DNA from: an uncultured Phycisphaerales bacterium
Lineage (GTDB): Bacteria > Planctomycetota > Phycisphaerae > Tepidisphaerales > Tepidisphaeraceae
Assembly: GCA_963755915.1 (NCBI GenBank)
Contig: CAVWLP010000002.1
Location: 1,280,001 to 1,344,000 of the forward strand
DNA: 64,000 bases
Direction: 5' to 3'
Below, in pieces: positions 9,828 to 17,484 of this stretch. The translations under genes and the position numbers were made by a program. The notes under the pieces are model-generated. The model saw only the letters and a list, made by a program, of their open reading frames with translations, ran no database searches and had not been told where the DNA came from. Position 1 is the stretch's first letter, and each line of letters begins with the position of its first letter.

Positions 9828-10029
9828 CGTCGCTTTATTGTGCGGGCGCATTGCGCGATTCGGTTGATCGGCGTCGCTGATCACTGCCTTCCGATCATGA
9901 AGTGGGTGGAGTTAAGACGGGATTGTACCGAAAATCTCGCGAGAACGACAGGCGGCGATGAACAAGTTATCGGCCCTCTGCAATCAGCCTCCCAATTGAC
10001 AGACCGCCGCAGGGGTGTAGCTTTTTCTT

Positions 10030-10926
10030 ATGGAAAGCGAATTAGCCAATTCTTCCGAGCCACGACCGGAACTGACTGACGACCCGCACAATCAGCTTGA
10101 TCGAGCGATCGGCGCCGGGAAAAGCAGCCGTTGGATTCGAATTGTGATTCAATCGGTGGCGGGCGCTATTTCGGCCGCCACCGGCGGCTTTTCGTCACTT
10201 ATGGCGGGGGCTGCCGCGGGCGGGGTTTCGGGCTTGACGGGAGCTTGGTCGGAACATGAACAGCAGCGAATCAATCAATTGCTGGCCGAATGCGTTCGTC
10301 TGGAAAAGAAACAAATTGAAGATGTGAAGGACAATGTCCTGCAGATCATGACGCGGCTTAATCTTGACGACGACGCCATCGCCACCCGGGTCGAAAGTCC
10401 CGAGTACCAGAATATGCTGCGACGTGCGTTTCGGCTCTGGACATTCGTTGAAAGCGAAGAACGGCGGGAGTACCTACGCCGGCTATTGACACACGCCGGC
10501 GATCCGCGAATCAAAGAAGACGACTTCATTCGCCTCTTTATCGACTGGATCGGAAGATACAGTGAATTGCACTTCCACGTGATTCGCGAACTCCATCAGC
10601 ACCCCGGCTCAACGCGGGCGGAAATGTGGCAGGCGATCCACGGCGCGGATGTGCGAGAAGATTCAAAAGAGGCAGATATATTCAAATGTTTGATCAGCGA
10701 CCTGAGCATCGGGCACGTCATTCGCCAGGAGCGGCAAACAGACCATCAGGGGAATTTCCTGAAACAGCCGCGTCAGAAGACGCCGCGAGGTTACGCTTCG
10801 CCCTACATGACATCCGCCTTTGAGGACTCAAAGTCATACTATTTGACGGCGATCGGCACTGAGTTCGTGCACTTCACGATGACCGAACTCGTTCCTAAGA
10901 TCGAAGATTCAGCACCCAATACGTGA
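10030..10926 (+). CDS. Hypothetical island protein, architecture reminiscent of Abi-alpha/DUF4393 proteins
   Basis: 298-aa ORF; Gly/Ala-rich hydrophobic N-region, helical middle 'EERREYLRRLL', wing-like end 'YYLTAIGTEFV'. Confidence 0.7.
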   Translation: MESELANSSEPRPELTDDPHNQLDRAIGAGKSSRWIRIVIQSVAGAISAATGGFSSLMAGAAAGGVSGLTGAWSEHEQQRINQLLAECVRLEKKQIEDVKDNVLQIMTRLNLDDDAIATRVESPEYQNMLRRAFRLWTFVESEERREYLRRLLTHAGDPRIKEDDFIRLFIDWIGRYSELHFHVIRELHQHPGSTRAEMWQAIHGADVREDSKEADIFKCLISDLSIGHVIRQERQTDHQGNFLKQPRQKTPRGYASPYMTSAFEDSKSYYLTAIGTEFVHFTMTELVPKIEDSAPNT

Positions 10927-10931
10927 CGCGA

Positions 10932-11159
10932 TCAGCCTCGCACTACTCGCTTGACAGTCGCAATACTCGGCTTAATCGGCTCGGCAGGAGTAAGCGTCGC
11001 CAGATCGAAAGCCTCCTGTATTTTGTTAGCGCCGGCGAACCACACACAGAGGGCGGCGTCATCGCGACCGCTATGGGCGTAGTCGCCGATATCTTGAATC
11101 GTCATAACAGGCCCGCCGCTTTTCAGTCGAACGGTATCACCTTTCTTGAACTCCGACAT
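10932..11159 (-). CDS. YodC/DUF2158 family small protein
   Basis: 'FKKGDTVRLKSGGPVMTI...CVWF...F....L' signature. Confidence 0.88.
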   Translation of the reverse strand: MSEFKKGDTVRLKSGGPVMTIQDIGDYAHSGRDDAALCVWFAGANKIQEAFDLATLTPAEPIKPSIATVKRVVRG

Positions 11160-11269
11160 AGAATTCTCCCGATTTGGATTCCTTTGATGATTCGACAATC
11201 AGCATTCGTGGTGAGATTTTAGGATGCAGGTTGGGTATATTTCCGCAGAATAAAACCGGAGGCACTCAA

Positions 11270-11485
11270 ATGGCTAAAAGAGTCACGAGAATCGAGACGC
11301 CGCGGCCTCAGCAATTGCCGCCAGGAATGTCGGAGCAGGAAGCGATCGCGGCAGGTTGGAAAAGAGCACACACTACGGATGGGATAAAGTGGCTGGCACC
11401 AGACGGGGTAAAAAAGGCAACCAAAACAGCCCGAAAGATGAAAGCCGAGGATTTGCGAGAGCAACGAAAGAAAAAATCAATATAA
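11270..11485 (+). CDS. Small basic hypothetical protein (71 aa)
   Basis: GGAGG ribosome-binding site before ATG; Lys/Arg-rich; followed by GC hairpins. Confidence 0.55.
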   Translation: MAKRVTRIETPRPQQLPPGMSEQEAIAAGWKRAHTTDGIKWLAPDGVKKATKTARKMKAEDLREQRKKKSI

Positions 11486-11595
11486 CCCCCGGGGGAGGCA
11501 CTCCGGCGGGGGTGACGCGAAGCGTCGGGGGTGGGGACGCCCCAGCAGCCAAACAAAAACAGCCCGCGTTAGCGGGCTGTCTCGTGCAGTAGCTT

Positions 11596-11736
11596 CTACT
11601 GCTCCTTTTTGACCGGCCTGACACCGCGGATTGCGATGAGGTGCATCTCAATCCTGCCGAGGCGTTTCCGGATGTCGGTCAACTTCTCCTCCACCGTCAC
11701 CGGTTCCGGCTTCGGCGGTTGCTGTTGCGTGTTCAT
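11596..11736 (-). CDS. Small hypothetical protein MNTQQQPPKPEPVTVEEKLTDIRKRLGRIEMHLIAIRGVRPVKKEQ (46 aa, below the ORF-track cutoff)
   Basis: Hand translation; amphipathic helix pattern; co-oriented with neighbours. Confidence 0.45.
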   Translation of the reverse strand: MNTQQQPPKPEPVTVEEKLTDIRKRLGRIEMHLIAIRGVRPVKKEQ

Positions 11737-11778
11737 GTTCGTGAATGTTGGCTGATAATTCGACCTTTTCGCCGCCTG

Positions 11779-11915
11779 CTAATACTCCTTCGGGAGCATG
11801 ACCGTCGTGAATTTCCGGTCGGCGTCGGTGATGACCCAAAATTCCATCCCATCGTCGGTGCGGTAGGCGGAGTTGAGGGCATACCGTGGCAAGCTGTAGA
11901 TGAGGCCAGACCCCC
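11779..11915 (-). pseudogene. C-terminal fragment of a small plasmid/ICE-associated protein ending 'SAYRTDDGMEFWVITDADRKFTTVMLPKEY'
   Basis: Hand translation; resembles the 'SAY...WxITxADRxxTTxLLPxEY' ending seen in mobile-element hypothetical proteins; in-frame stop upstream removes the N-terminus. Confidence 0.6.
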
Positions 11916-12004
11916 TTCAAGCTGTTCGGGGTCTGGTTTCGTTTTGGCTATGGACGGTTAAGAATTAAAAAAGCCCGCAGAGATGCGAGCTTGGCGGGCA
12001 GGAA

Positions 12005-12244
12005 TTAGGCCTTGATGACGCCGATGGCGATTCGGCCCCCGTCCATCGGCGAAAGAATGAGGCGGGTGTTCCCTGGGCCACCTTCGTGAGACGAGGATCT
12101 GACGAGAACCATGTTCGGGACTTGGTGGCCCAGATCGATATGAATGCGGCCTAATTCCGTCACGATGTCGATCGCATCGAGATCGTTCGGTAATTCGATC
12201 CCCACCCCGTCCCTGGCGCCTTCGATACGTAAAGGTTTCGGCAT
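12005..12244 (-). CDS. Small hypothetical protein (79 aa)
   Basis: AAAGGA upstream of ATG on the minus strand; beta-rich pattern; hairpin plus T-run downstream (about 11966-12000). Confidence 0.55.
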   Translation of the reverse strand: MPKPLRIEGARDGVGIELPNDLDAIDIVTELGRIHIDLGHQVPNMVLVRSSSHEGGPGNTRLILSPMDGGRIAIGVIKA

Positions 12245-12331
12245 GTGTTCCTTTCGATGAGTCTGCGGTCATGATACGGCAGTTGCGAGTCCTGCGCCAG
12301 AGATGCCCATGGACGAGCATCCCCTATTTGG

Positions 12332-12556
12332 TGTCCCCCTCGTCCTCCTTAACCCGTTCGGTGAGGGCGAAGCCCTCTGTCGGTTGGTTCCTCTCCCCTC
12401 CCAGAGATCGTGTCGAGAAACCCGTTGCGGTGCTGTGAAGCACCAACCGAGTCCCCCGTGAGGGGGACGAGGAGCCGGACTTTTTCTCCGAGCGTGAGCG
12501 AGAGGAACCGATGAACGTGAGTGAGGCGGTTCCGACAGAGAAAAAGGACGGCTGTC
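12332..12556 (+). ncRNA. Candidate structured RNA or single-stranded-DNA signal with multiple GTGA-capped hairpins
   Basis: GGTGCT-GTGA-AGCACC, GTCCCCC-GTGA-GGGGGAC, GAGGGC-GAA-GCCCTC, long stems AGCCG..CTTTTTCTC/GAGAAAAAG..CGGCT and GGAACCG/CGGTTCC. Confidence 0.45.
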
Positions 12557-12714
12557 GGGGGGTGCGAGAGACAATAAATCAGCCGGAAACCTTTGTAGCG
12601 CAAGGCTCAAATGAAAACAGGGGGTATCCCCAGGCGGGGATACCTGTGGGGATACCCAAAAAACGATACAGGACTAGTCATTCCCAGGCAGGGTTGTCCT
12701 TGAAAAACTCTCTG

Positions 12715-12759
12715 ACTGCTGTGAGTAACTCGTCACGAGTTCGAATCCCGTCTACTCCG
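12715..12759 (+). pseudogene. Orphan 3' half of a long-variable-arm tRNA (Ser-type); att-like remnant
   Basis: ACTGC, variable arm GTGAG-TAA-CTCGT, T arm ACGAG-TTCGAAT-CCCGT (one mismatch), acceptor strand CTACTCC-G; no matching 5' half upstream. Confidence 0.7.
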
Positions 12760-12858
12760 CTCCAATTTCGAGCCCCTGTCTTATGCGATAGACAGGATCT
12801 TCCTCTCCTACCGGGCATTCGATATCCCCCCGTAATATCTCTACAATCGCCCGATCAA

Positions 12859-13509
12859 ATGTTCCGCCAGGTCCCAAACGCCCTCACTGGCTCGCGCCTT
12901 CTGCTTGCCGGTGTCTTCTTCGCGATGCTCGCCTACTACCAGAACCAGAGCACCGTCGCCCGCCACGGCGACGTGGTCTGGCTCAACATCGCCCTGGCAA
13001 TTTACGTCGTCGCCCTGGTCACCGATTTCCTCGACGGCTATCTGGCCCGCAAATGGAAAGTCGAAGGCGCCTTCGGCCGGGTGGTCGACCCGTTCGTTGA
13101 TAAGGTTCTGGTCCTCGGCAGCTTCATTTTCTTTGCCGGGAAAAATTTCACGGAAGTCACGAGCGCCCAGAACGTCACCACGATCACCGGCGTTGCCCCG
13201 TGGATGGTGGTCGTCATCCTCGCCCGCGAGCTGCTCGTGACCAGCCTGCGCGGCAGCATGGAAAGCACCGGCCACGCATTCGGGGCGCAGCTCAGCGGCA
13301 AGCTGAAAATGGGGTTCCAATCCGCCGCCATTTTGGTGATCCTCCTCTACGTCAACTACCGCACCCGTCTTGATTCCCAGACGCTGCTGGTCGCCCAGAT
13401 CCTGCGCAACATCAGCATCTGGGGAACGCTGCTCATCACCGTCACCAGTGGGTTGATGTATGTTCAAAAGGCTGTGAAGCTTTTCTGCGAGCACGGCAAC
13501 GCACTTTAA
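12859..13509 (+). CDS. pgsA: CDP-diacylglycerol--glycerol-3-phosphate 3-phosphatidyltransferase
   Basis: 'VPNALTGSR', 'TDFLDGYLARK..FGRVVDPFVDK', 'ARELLVTSLR', 'GKLKM'; start moved to ATG 12859. Confidence 0.93.
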   Translation: MFRQVPNALTGSRLLLAGVFFAMLAYYQNQSTVARHGDVVWLNIALAIYVVALVTDFLDGYLARKWKVEGAFGRVVDPFVDKVLVLGSFIFFAGKNFTEVTSAQNVTTITGVAPWMVVVILARELLVTSLRGSMESTGHAFGAQLSGKLKMGFQSAAILVILLYVNYRTRLDSQTLLVAQILRNISIWGTLLITVTSGLMYVQKAVKLFCEHGNAL

Positions 13510-13517
13510 AGCCCCGT

Positions 13518-14149
13518 ATGAAGAAATTCTCAGGGCCTATCTGATGAATCCTGGCGCGGCCAGACGAAGTGGATTTCGCTCGCGTGCAAGAAGCGACGAC
13601 GAGCAGTATTGTAAGGAAATACGGCGAGAAGGAGCGACGCCGCACGTGAGCGAAAGACACGAGTATGGACCGCGAGGATTCATCAGACAGGCCCTCATCA
13701 CCATGGGCGGCGTCGGATTCCTGCCCGCCTCCGGCACCTTCGCCAGCCTGCTGACTTGTCTGATCCTCCTTCCCATCCTCGCGTTTCTGCCCTACCTCTG
13801 GCAAAACATCGCCGCCGCCGCGGGTCTGTTGATCTTTTCCGCGATGAACATCGCCCTGGCCCCCTGGGCCATCGCCAAATTCGGCGACAAAGACCCCGGC
13901 CAATTCGTCCTCGACGAAGCCGCCGGAATTTGCCTGACGATGCTGTTCCTACCCCCGCGCACCGGCTGGGAAATCTGGATCAACCTCGCCGCCGCGTTCG
14001 TTGCCTTCCGCATCTTTGACATCACCAAGCCTCCGCCGGCACGGCAGCTTGAGCGTTTGCCCATGGGCTGGGGAATCCTCATGGACGACCTCGCCGCTGC
14101 GGTCTACGCGAATCTGCTTTGCCAGGTAATTTTGCGATTTGTGTTTTGA
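13518..14149 (+). CDS. pgpA: Phosphatidylglycerophosphatase A carrying a MITE-derived N-terminal insertion
   Basis: 'GFLPASGTFAS', 'KDPGQFVLDEAAG', 'FRIFDITKPPP', 'GWGILMDDLAA'; ATG 13518 is in frame only if one A is missing from the AAA run near 13524, otherwise the start is 13544. Confidence 0.9.
13533..13694. mobile_element. 162-bp MITE with 20-bp terminal inverted repeats and TCA target duplication
   Basis: Left GGGCCTATCTGATGAATCCT vs reverse complement of right end GGGCCTGTCTGATGAATCCT (19/20); TCA at 13530-13532 and 13695-13697. Confidence 0.85.
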
Positions 14150-14154
14150 CCCTA

Positions 14155-14199
14155 TTTCCCCCGCCCCCGGTAATCCGGGGGAGGGCAAGGGAGGGGGTT
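14155..14199. repeat. Family A palindromic element (CCCCCGCCCCCGGTAATCCGGGGGAGGG..GGGAGGGG), intergenic
   Basis: Near-identical to copies at 21184-21230 and 58172-58215. Confidence 0.85.
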
Positions 14200-14238
14200 C
14201 GCGCACTCGGCCCCCGAGAGAAATCCATCCCCGCTCCT

Positions 14239-16203
14239 TCACACTTTCTCACTTTCACACCACTCCCCCCACATCTCGCGATACGCCCCCTCCACCCCCC
14301 GCGCAAACCGCGCCCGATTCATGATCGGCGACCCCCGCATCCTCTCCCGCATCGACATCCGCACTTCCGCCAGCCGCGGCAGATCCTTCGCCAGATCGCT
14401 GGCGGTTTGAACATACTGCTCCACCGATTCCGCGATCAATTCCGGCAGCTCCAGATTCCGCAGGATGCTCACGCCGCTTCTTCCTACCCCCGTTCTCCCA
14501 CTTAGCGTCACCGTGGGCACACCCATCCACGCGGCATCGCACGTGGTTGTCCCGCCGGTGTATGGAAATGGTTCCAGGGCAATATCGATCTCACCATGCA
14601 TCCCCAGAAATTCCACGAAGGGAACTCTTCCAACAAACATAACTCGCTGCGGATCGATTCCCGCACTCTTAAACATCTCGCCTACGCGCTGGCGATGTCC
14701 TCCCTCCGGCGCATGCAAAATAAGCTGCGACCCCGGCACCGCCTGCAGCAACCGAATCCACGCATCCAGCGCCCCCGGCGAAACCTTGCAGAAATTGTTC
14801 AAGCTCCCAAACGTCACGAATCCATTCGCCTGCGCCGGACACGGGGTCACCTCCGGCGCCTGCGCATCCAGCTCGTAGCACCAGTACGTCTCCGGCAATC
14901 GCACCGTCTTTTCCGAGTAAATCCCCTCGTCCATCCCCGGCGGATCGAGATGCGGATCCGTGAGCCGGTAATCGATCGTGCTCACCCCTGTCGTCGAGCA
15001 GTACGCCAGATAGGTCGCCTGCACCGGCGCCGGCTTCTGGGCGAAGACCAGCATCCGGTTCCCCGCCATGTGCATGGTCAGGTCGACCAGGATGTCGATC
15101 TGATCCACCCGGATCATCGCGGCCACGGCGTCGTTGGAAAGCCCCATGGTGCTTTTCCACTGCCCCGCACAGGCGCGAATCTTTTCCGTCAGCCCGTCGG
15201 GCCGGGCGACATCCGCGTAGCAAAATATCTCGAATTCTTTCCGATCATGCGCCGCCAGCAGCGGCAAAATAAATCGCCCCACCGGATGGTAGCAAAAGTC
15301 CGGCGACACGTAGCCGATTCTCAATGGCCGATCGGCGCTGGCCTCGTTCCTGTGCGGCCGGACCAATTTCCTCAGCGGCTCGGCATGGTGCGCATTCCAT
15401 CGGCGATGCTCCTCAAAAATCATCTTCGCGTCGTAGGCCGGATCGAAGTGCAGCGCGTAAAGCAGATTGCTGTGCGCTGAGCTGTCATTGGGACGCAGCG
15501 AAACCGCCCGCCGGTACGATGCGATCGCGCGGTCCATCTGTCCCATGTCCTTCAGCACGTTGCCAAGCTGGTTATACGTTTCGGAAAACTGCGGATTAAG
15601 CTGTGCCGCCCGGCGAAGGGGGGTCATCGCCTCATCCAGCTTCCCCCGGTCCTTCCAGAGCACGCCAAGATTTACCAAGGCCTCCAGATAATTCGGGTTG
15701 ATCTCAATCGCCCGCTGATAAGCGGCAATCGCCTCCTCAAATTCCCGCCGGCGCGCGAGCGCGTTTCCCAGGTTGTTATATGCCTCCGCCGAATTGGGAT
15801 TGATCTCGATCGCCCGCCCGGCTGCTTCAATCGCCCCATCGAGCTTTCCCAGGTCTTTCAGCGCCGCCGACAGATTGCAGAGCGAAATAGCATCCTTCGG
15901 ATTCAGCTCCAGGGCTCGCTTATAGGCCGTCACCGCTTCCTCCAGCCTTCCCCTGCGACAAAGCGAATTCCCCAAATTTATATGCGCCTCCCGATACTCC
16001 GGCTTGATCGCAACGGCCCGCCCGATCAATTCAATCGCCTTCTCATCATCCCCAAGCTGCCCGGCAACGAGCCCAAGCAAATTCAACGCCCCCGCATGAT
16101 TCGCATCCCGCTCCAGCACCTTTCGATAGACTTCCTGTGCATCCGCCAGCCTACCGGCCCGATGATGCGCTACGCCGGTCTCAAATTGCTTTTGGAGGTC
16201 CAT
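14239..16203 (-). CDS. TPR-repeat SPINDLY-family (GT41) O-linked glycosyltransferase
   Basis: Multiple TPRs ('AEAYNNLGNAL'), 'LRIGYVSPDF..HPVG', 'IDILVDLTMH', 'PAPVQ', 'FPYTGGTTTCDAAWMGVP'. Confidence 0.93.
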   Translation of the reverse strand: MDLQKQFETGVAHHRAGRLADAQEVYRKVLERDANHAGALNLLGLVAGQLGDDEKAIELIGRAVAIKPEYREAHINLGNSLCRRGRLEEAVTAYKRALELNPKDAISLCNLSAALKDLGKLDGAIEAAGRAIEINPNSAEAYNNLGNALARRREFEEAIAAYQRAIEINPNYLEALVNLGVLWKDRGKLDEAMTPLRRAAQLNPQFSETYNQLGNVLKDMGQMDRAIASYRRAVSLRPNDSSAHSNLLYALHFDPAYDAKMIFEEHRRWNAHHAEPLRKLVRPHRNEASADRPLRIGYVSPDFCYHPVGRFILPLLAAHDRKEFEIFCYADVARPDGLTEKIRACAGQWKSTMGLSNDAVAAMIRVDQIDILVDLTMHMAGNRMLVFAQKPAPVQATYLAYCSTTGVSTIDYRLTDPHLDPPGMDEGIYSEKTVRLPETYWCYELDAQAPEVTPCPAQANGFVTFGSLNNFCKVSPGALDAWIRLLQAVPGSQLILHAPEGGHRQRVGEMFKSAGIDPQRVMFVGRVPFVEFLGMHGEIDIALEPFPYTGGTTTCDAAWMGVPTVTLSGRTGVGRSGVSILRNLELPELIAESVEQYVQTASDLAKDLPRLAEVRMSMRERMRGSPIMNRARFARGVEGAYREMWGEWCESEKV

Positions 16204-16332
16204 GTGCCCACGTATTGTAAATTGTAGATGCGATTCGTGCTTCTGGCCCACCCGGGGTGTCCACCCCCAAACGCTTAGTTGCACACGGGAATCTGAAACA
16301 TTCGTCCCATTTACTGGAAAGGAACGGCTTAT

Positions 16333-17157
16333 ATGCCCACCATCACCACCAAAGACTCAGTGGAAATCTATTTCAAGGACTGGGGCACCGGACAGCCCAT
16401 CGTATTCAGTCACGGCTGGCCCCTCAGCGCCGACGACTGGGACACGCAAATGATGTTCTTCCTGGCTCACGGCTATCGCGTCATCGCCCATGACCGCCGG
16501 GGTCACGGCCGCTCCACCCAAACCAGCGACGGACACGACATGGACCACTACGCCGACGACCTCGCCGCGGTCACGGCGCACCTCAACTTAAAAAATGCCG
16601 TCCACGTCGGCCACTCCACCGGCGGTGGCGAGGTCACTCGCTACATCGGCCGCCACGGCCCAAGCCGCGTGGCCAAGGCAGTCCTCATCAGCTCGGTACC
16701 CCCGCTGATGGTCAAGACCCCCGCCAACCCCGGCGGTCTGCCCAAGGAAGTCTTCGACAACCTTCAATCCCAACTGGCCGAAAACCGCAGCCAGTTCTAC
16801 CTCGATATCCCCACCGGACCCTTCTACGGCTTCAACCGCCCGGGCGCAAAAACGTCCCAGGCGATGATTCAAAATTGGTGGCGCCAGGGCATGATGGGCG
16901 GAGCCAAGGCCCACTACGACGGAATCGTCGCCTTCTCCCAAACCGACTTCACCGAGGACTTGAAGAAGTTCACCGTGCCCACTCTGGTAATGCACGGAGA
17001 TGACGATCAGATCGTCCCCTATGCCGACTCCGGGCCCAAGAGTGCCAAGCTGGTGAAGGGCGCGATCCTGAAAACGTACAAGGGCTTCCCGCATGGCATG
17101 CCCACGACGAATGCAGAGCAGATCAATGCCGATCTGCTTGCGTTCATCAAAAGCTGA
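16333..17157 (+). CDS. cpo: Non-heme chloroperoxidase/arylesterase (alpha/beta hydrolase)
   Basis: '[19 protein letters not shown]', 'HDRRGHGRS', 'GHSTGGG', 'HGDDDQIVP', 'PHG'. Confidence 0.92.
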   Translation: MPTITTKDSVEIYFKDWGTGQPIVFSHGWPLSADDWDTQMMFFLAHGYRVIAHDRRGHGRSTQTSDGHDMDHYADDLAAVTAHLNLKNAVHVGHSTGGGEVTRYIGRHGPSRVAKAVLISSVPPLMVKTPANPGGLPKEVFDNLQSQLAENRSQFYLDIPTGPFYGFNRPGAKTSQAMIQNWWRQGMMGGAKAHYDGIVAFSQTDFTEDLKKFTVPTLVMHGDDDQIVPYADSGPKSAKLVKGAILKTYKGFPHGMPTTNAEQINADLLAFIKS

Positions 17158-17225
17158 CGGGCATTCCGTGTAGTTGCGGCGAACCAAGGGTGAACGCAGA
17201 TTTGCGATCGAGCGCTCCGCGCATT

Positions 17226-17290
17226 TCTCTCTCTCCCGGTAATCCGGGAGAGGGCAAGCGGGCGTAAGCTCGCGCGGGTGAGGGCCTTGA
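17226..17290. repeat. Family A palindromic element variant; a degenerate copy of the 30-nt module follows near 17330-17360
   Basis: CTCTCCCGGTAATCCGGGAGAGGG...GGGTGAGGG; CTCTTCGAGCCCGAGGTTCAGAGCCGTAGG. Confidence 0.7.
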
Positions 17291-17427
17291 GCGCGTTAGT
17301 TTTTTCCATTGCCGTCATTCCATGCCTCTCCTCTTCGAGCCCGAGGTTCAGAGCCGTAGGTAGTCGAGCGGCGCTGCCATGCGGTCCGAATTTCTGGAAT
17401 TTCTCCCGCTGCAAAAAATGAAGAGGT

Positions 17428-17484
17428 TTCGCGCAGAGGCGCGGAGAATGAAATAGGTATTTGTCGCCTCTCTCAGCGCCTCTG
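17428..17484. repeat. Family B palindrome (CGCAGAGGCGCGGAGA...TCTCAGCGCCTCTG), 3' arm interrupted by the intron and completed at 19458-19464 (CGTGAGA)
   Basis: Removing 17485-19457 restores TCTCAGCGCCTCTGCGTGAGA, complementary to TTTCGCGCAGAGGCGCGGAGA. Confidence 0.8.

Larger units (their letters stand above)
7727..12759. mobile_element. Decayed composite genomic island between tRNA-Ala and an orphan tRNA-Ser 3' half
   Basis: Visibly lower GC than flanks; recombinase remnant abutting the tRNA; truncated hxsC; small mobile-element-type ORFs; att-like tRNA fragment at the right end. Confidence 0.8.

Noticed and set aside
12691-12714. CTTGAAA as the anticodon loop of an intact tRNA-Ser(TGA)
   Set aside because: No proper anticodon stem, D arm or 5' acceptor strand (GGAGTAG) can be formed; only the 3' half is supported.
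12511-12858. Long N-terminal extension of pgsA
   Set aside because: Covers the att-like and tRNA-fragment region; homology starts at 'MFRQVPNAL' (12859).
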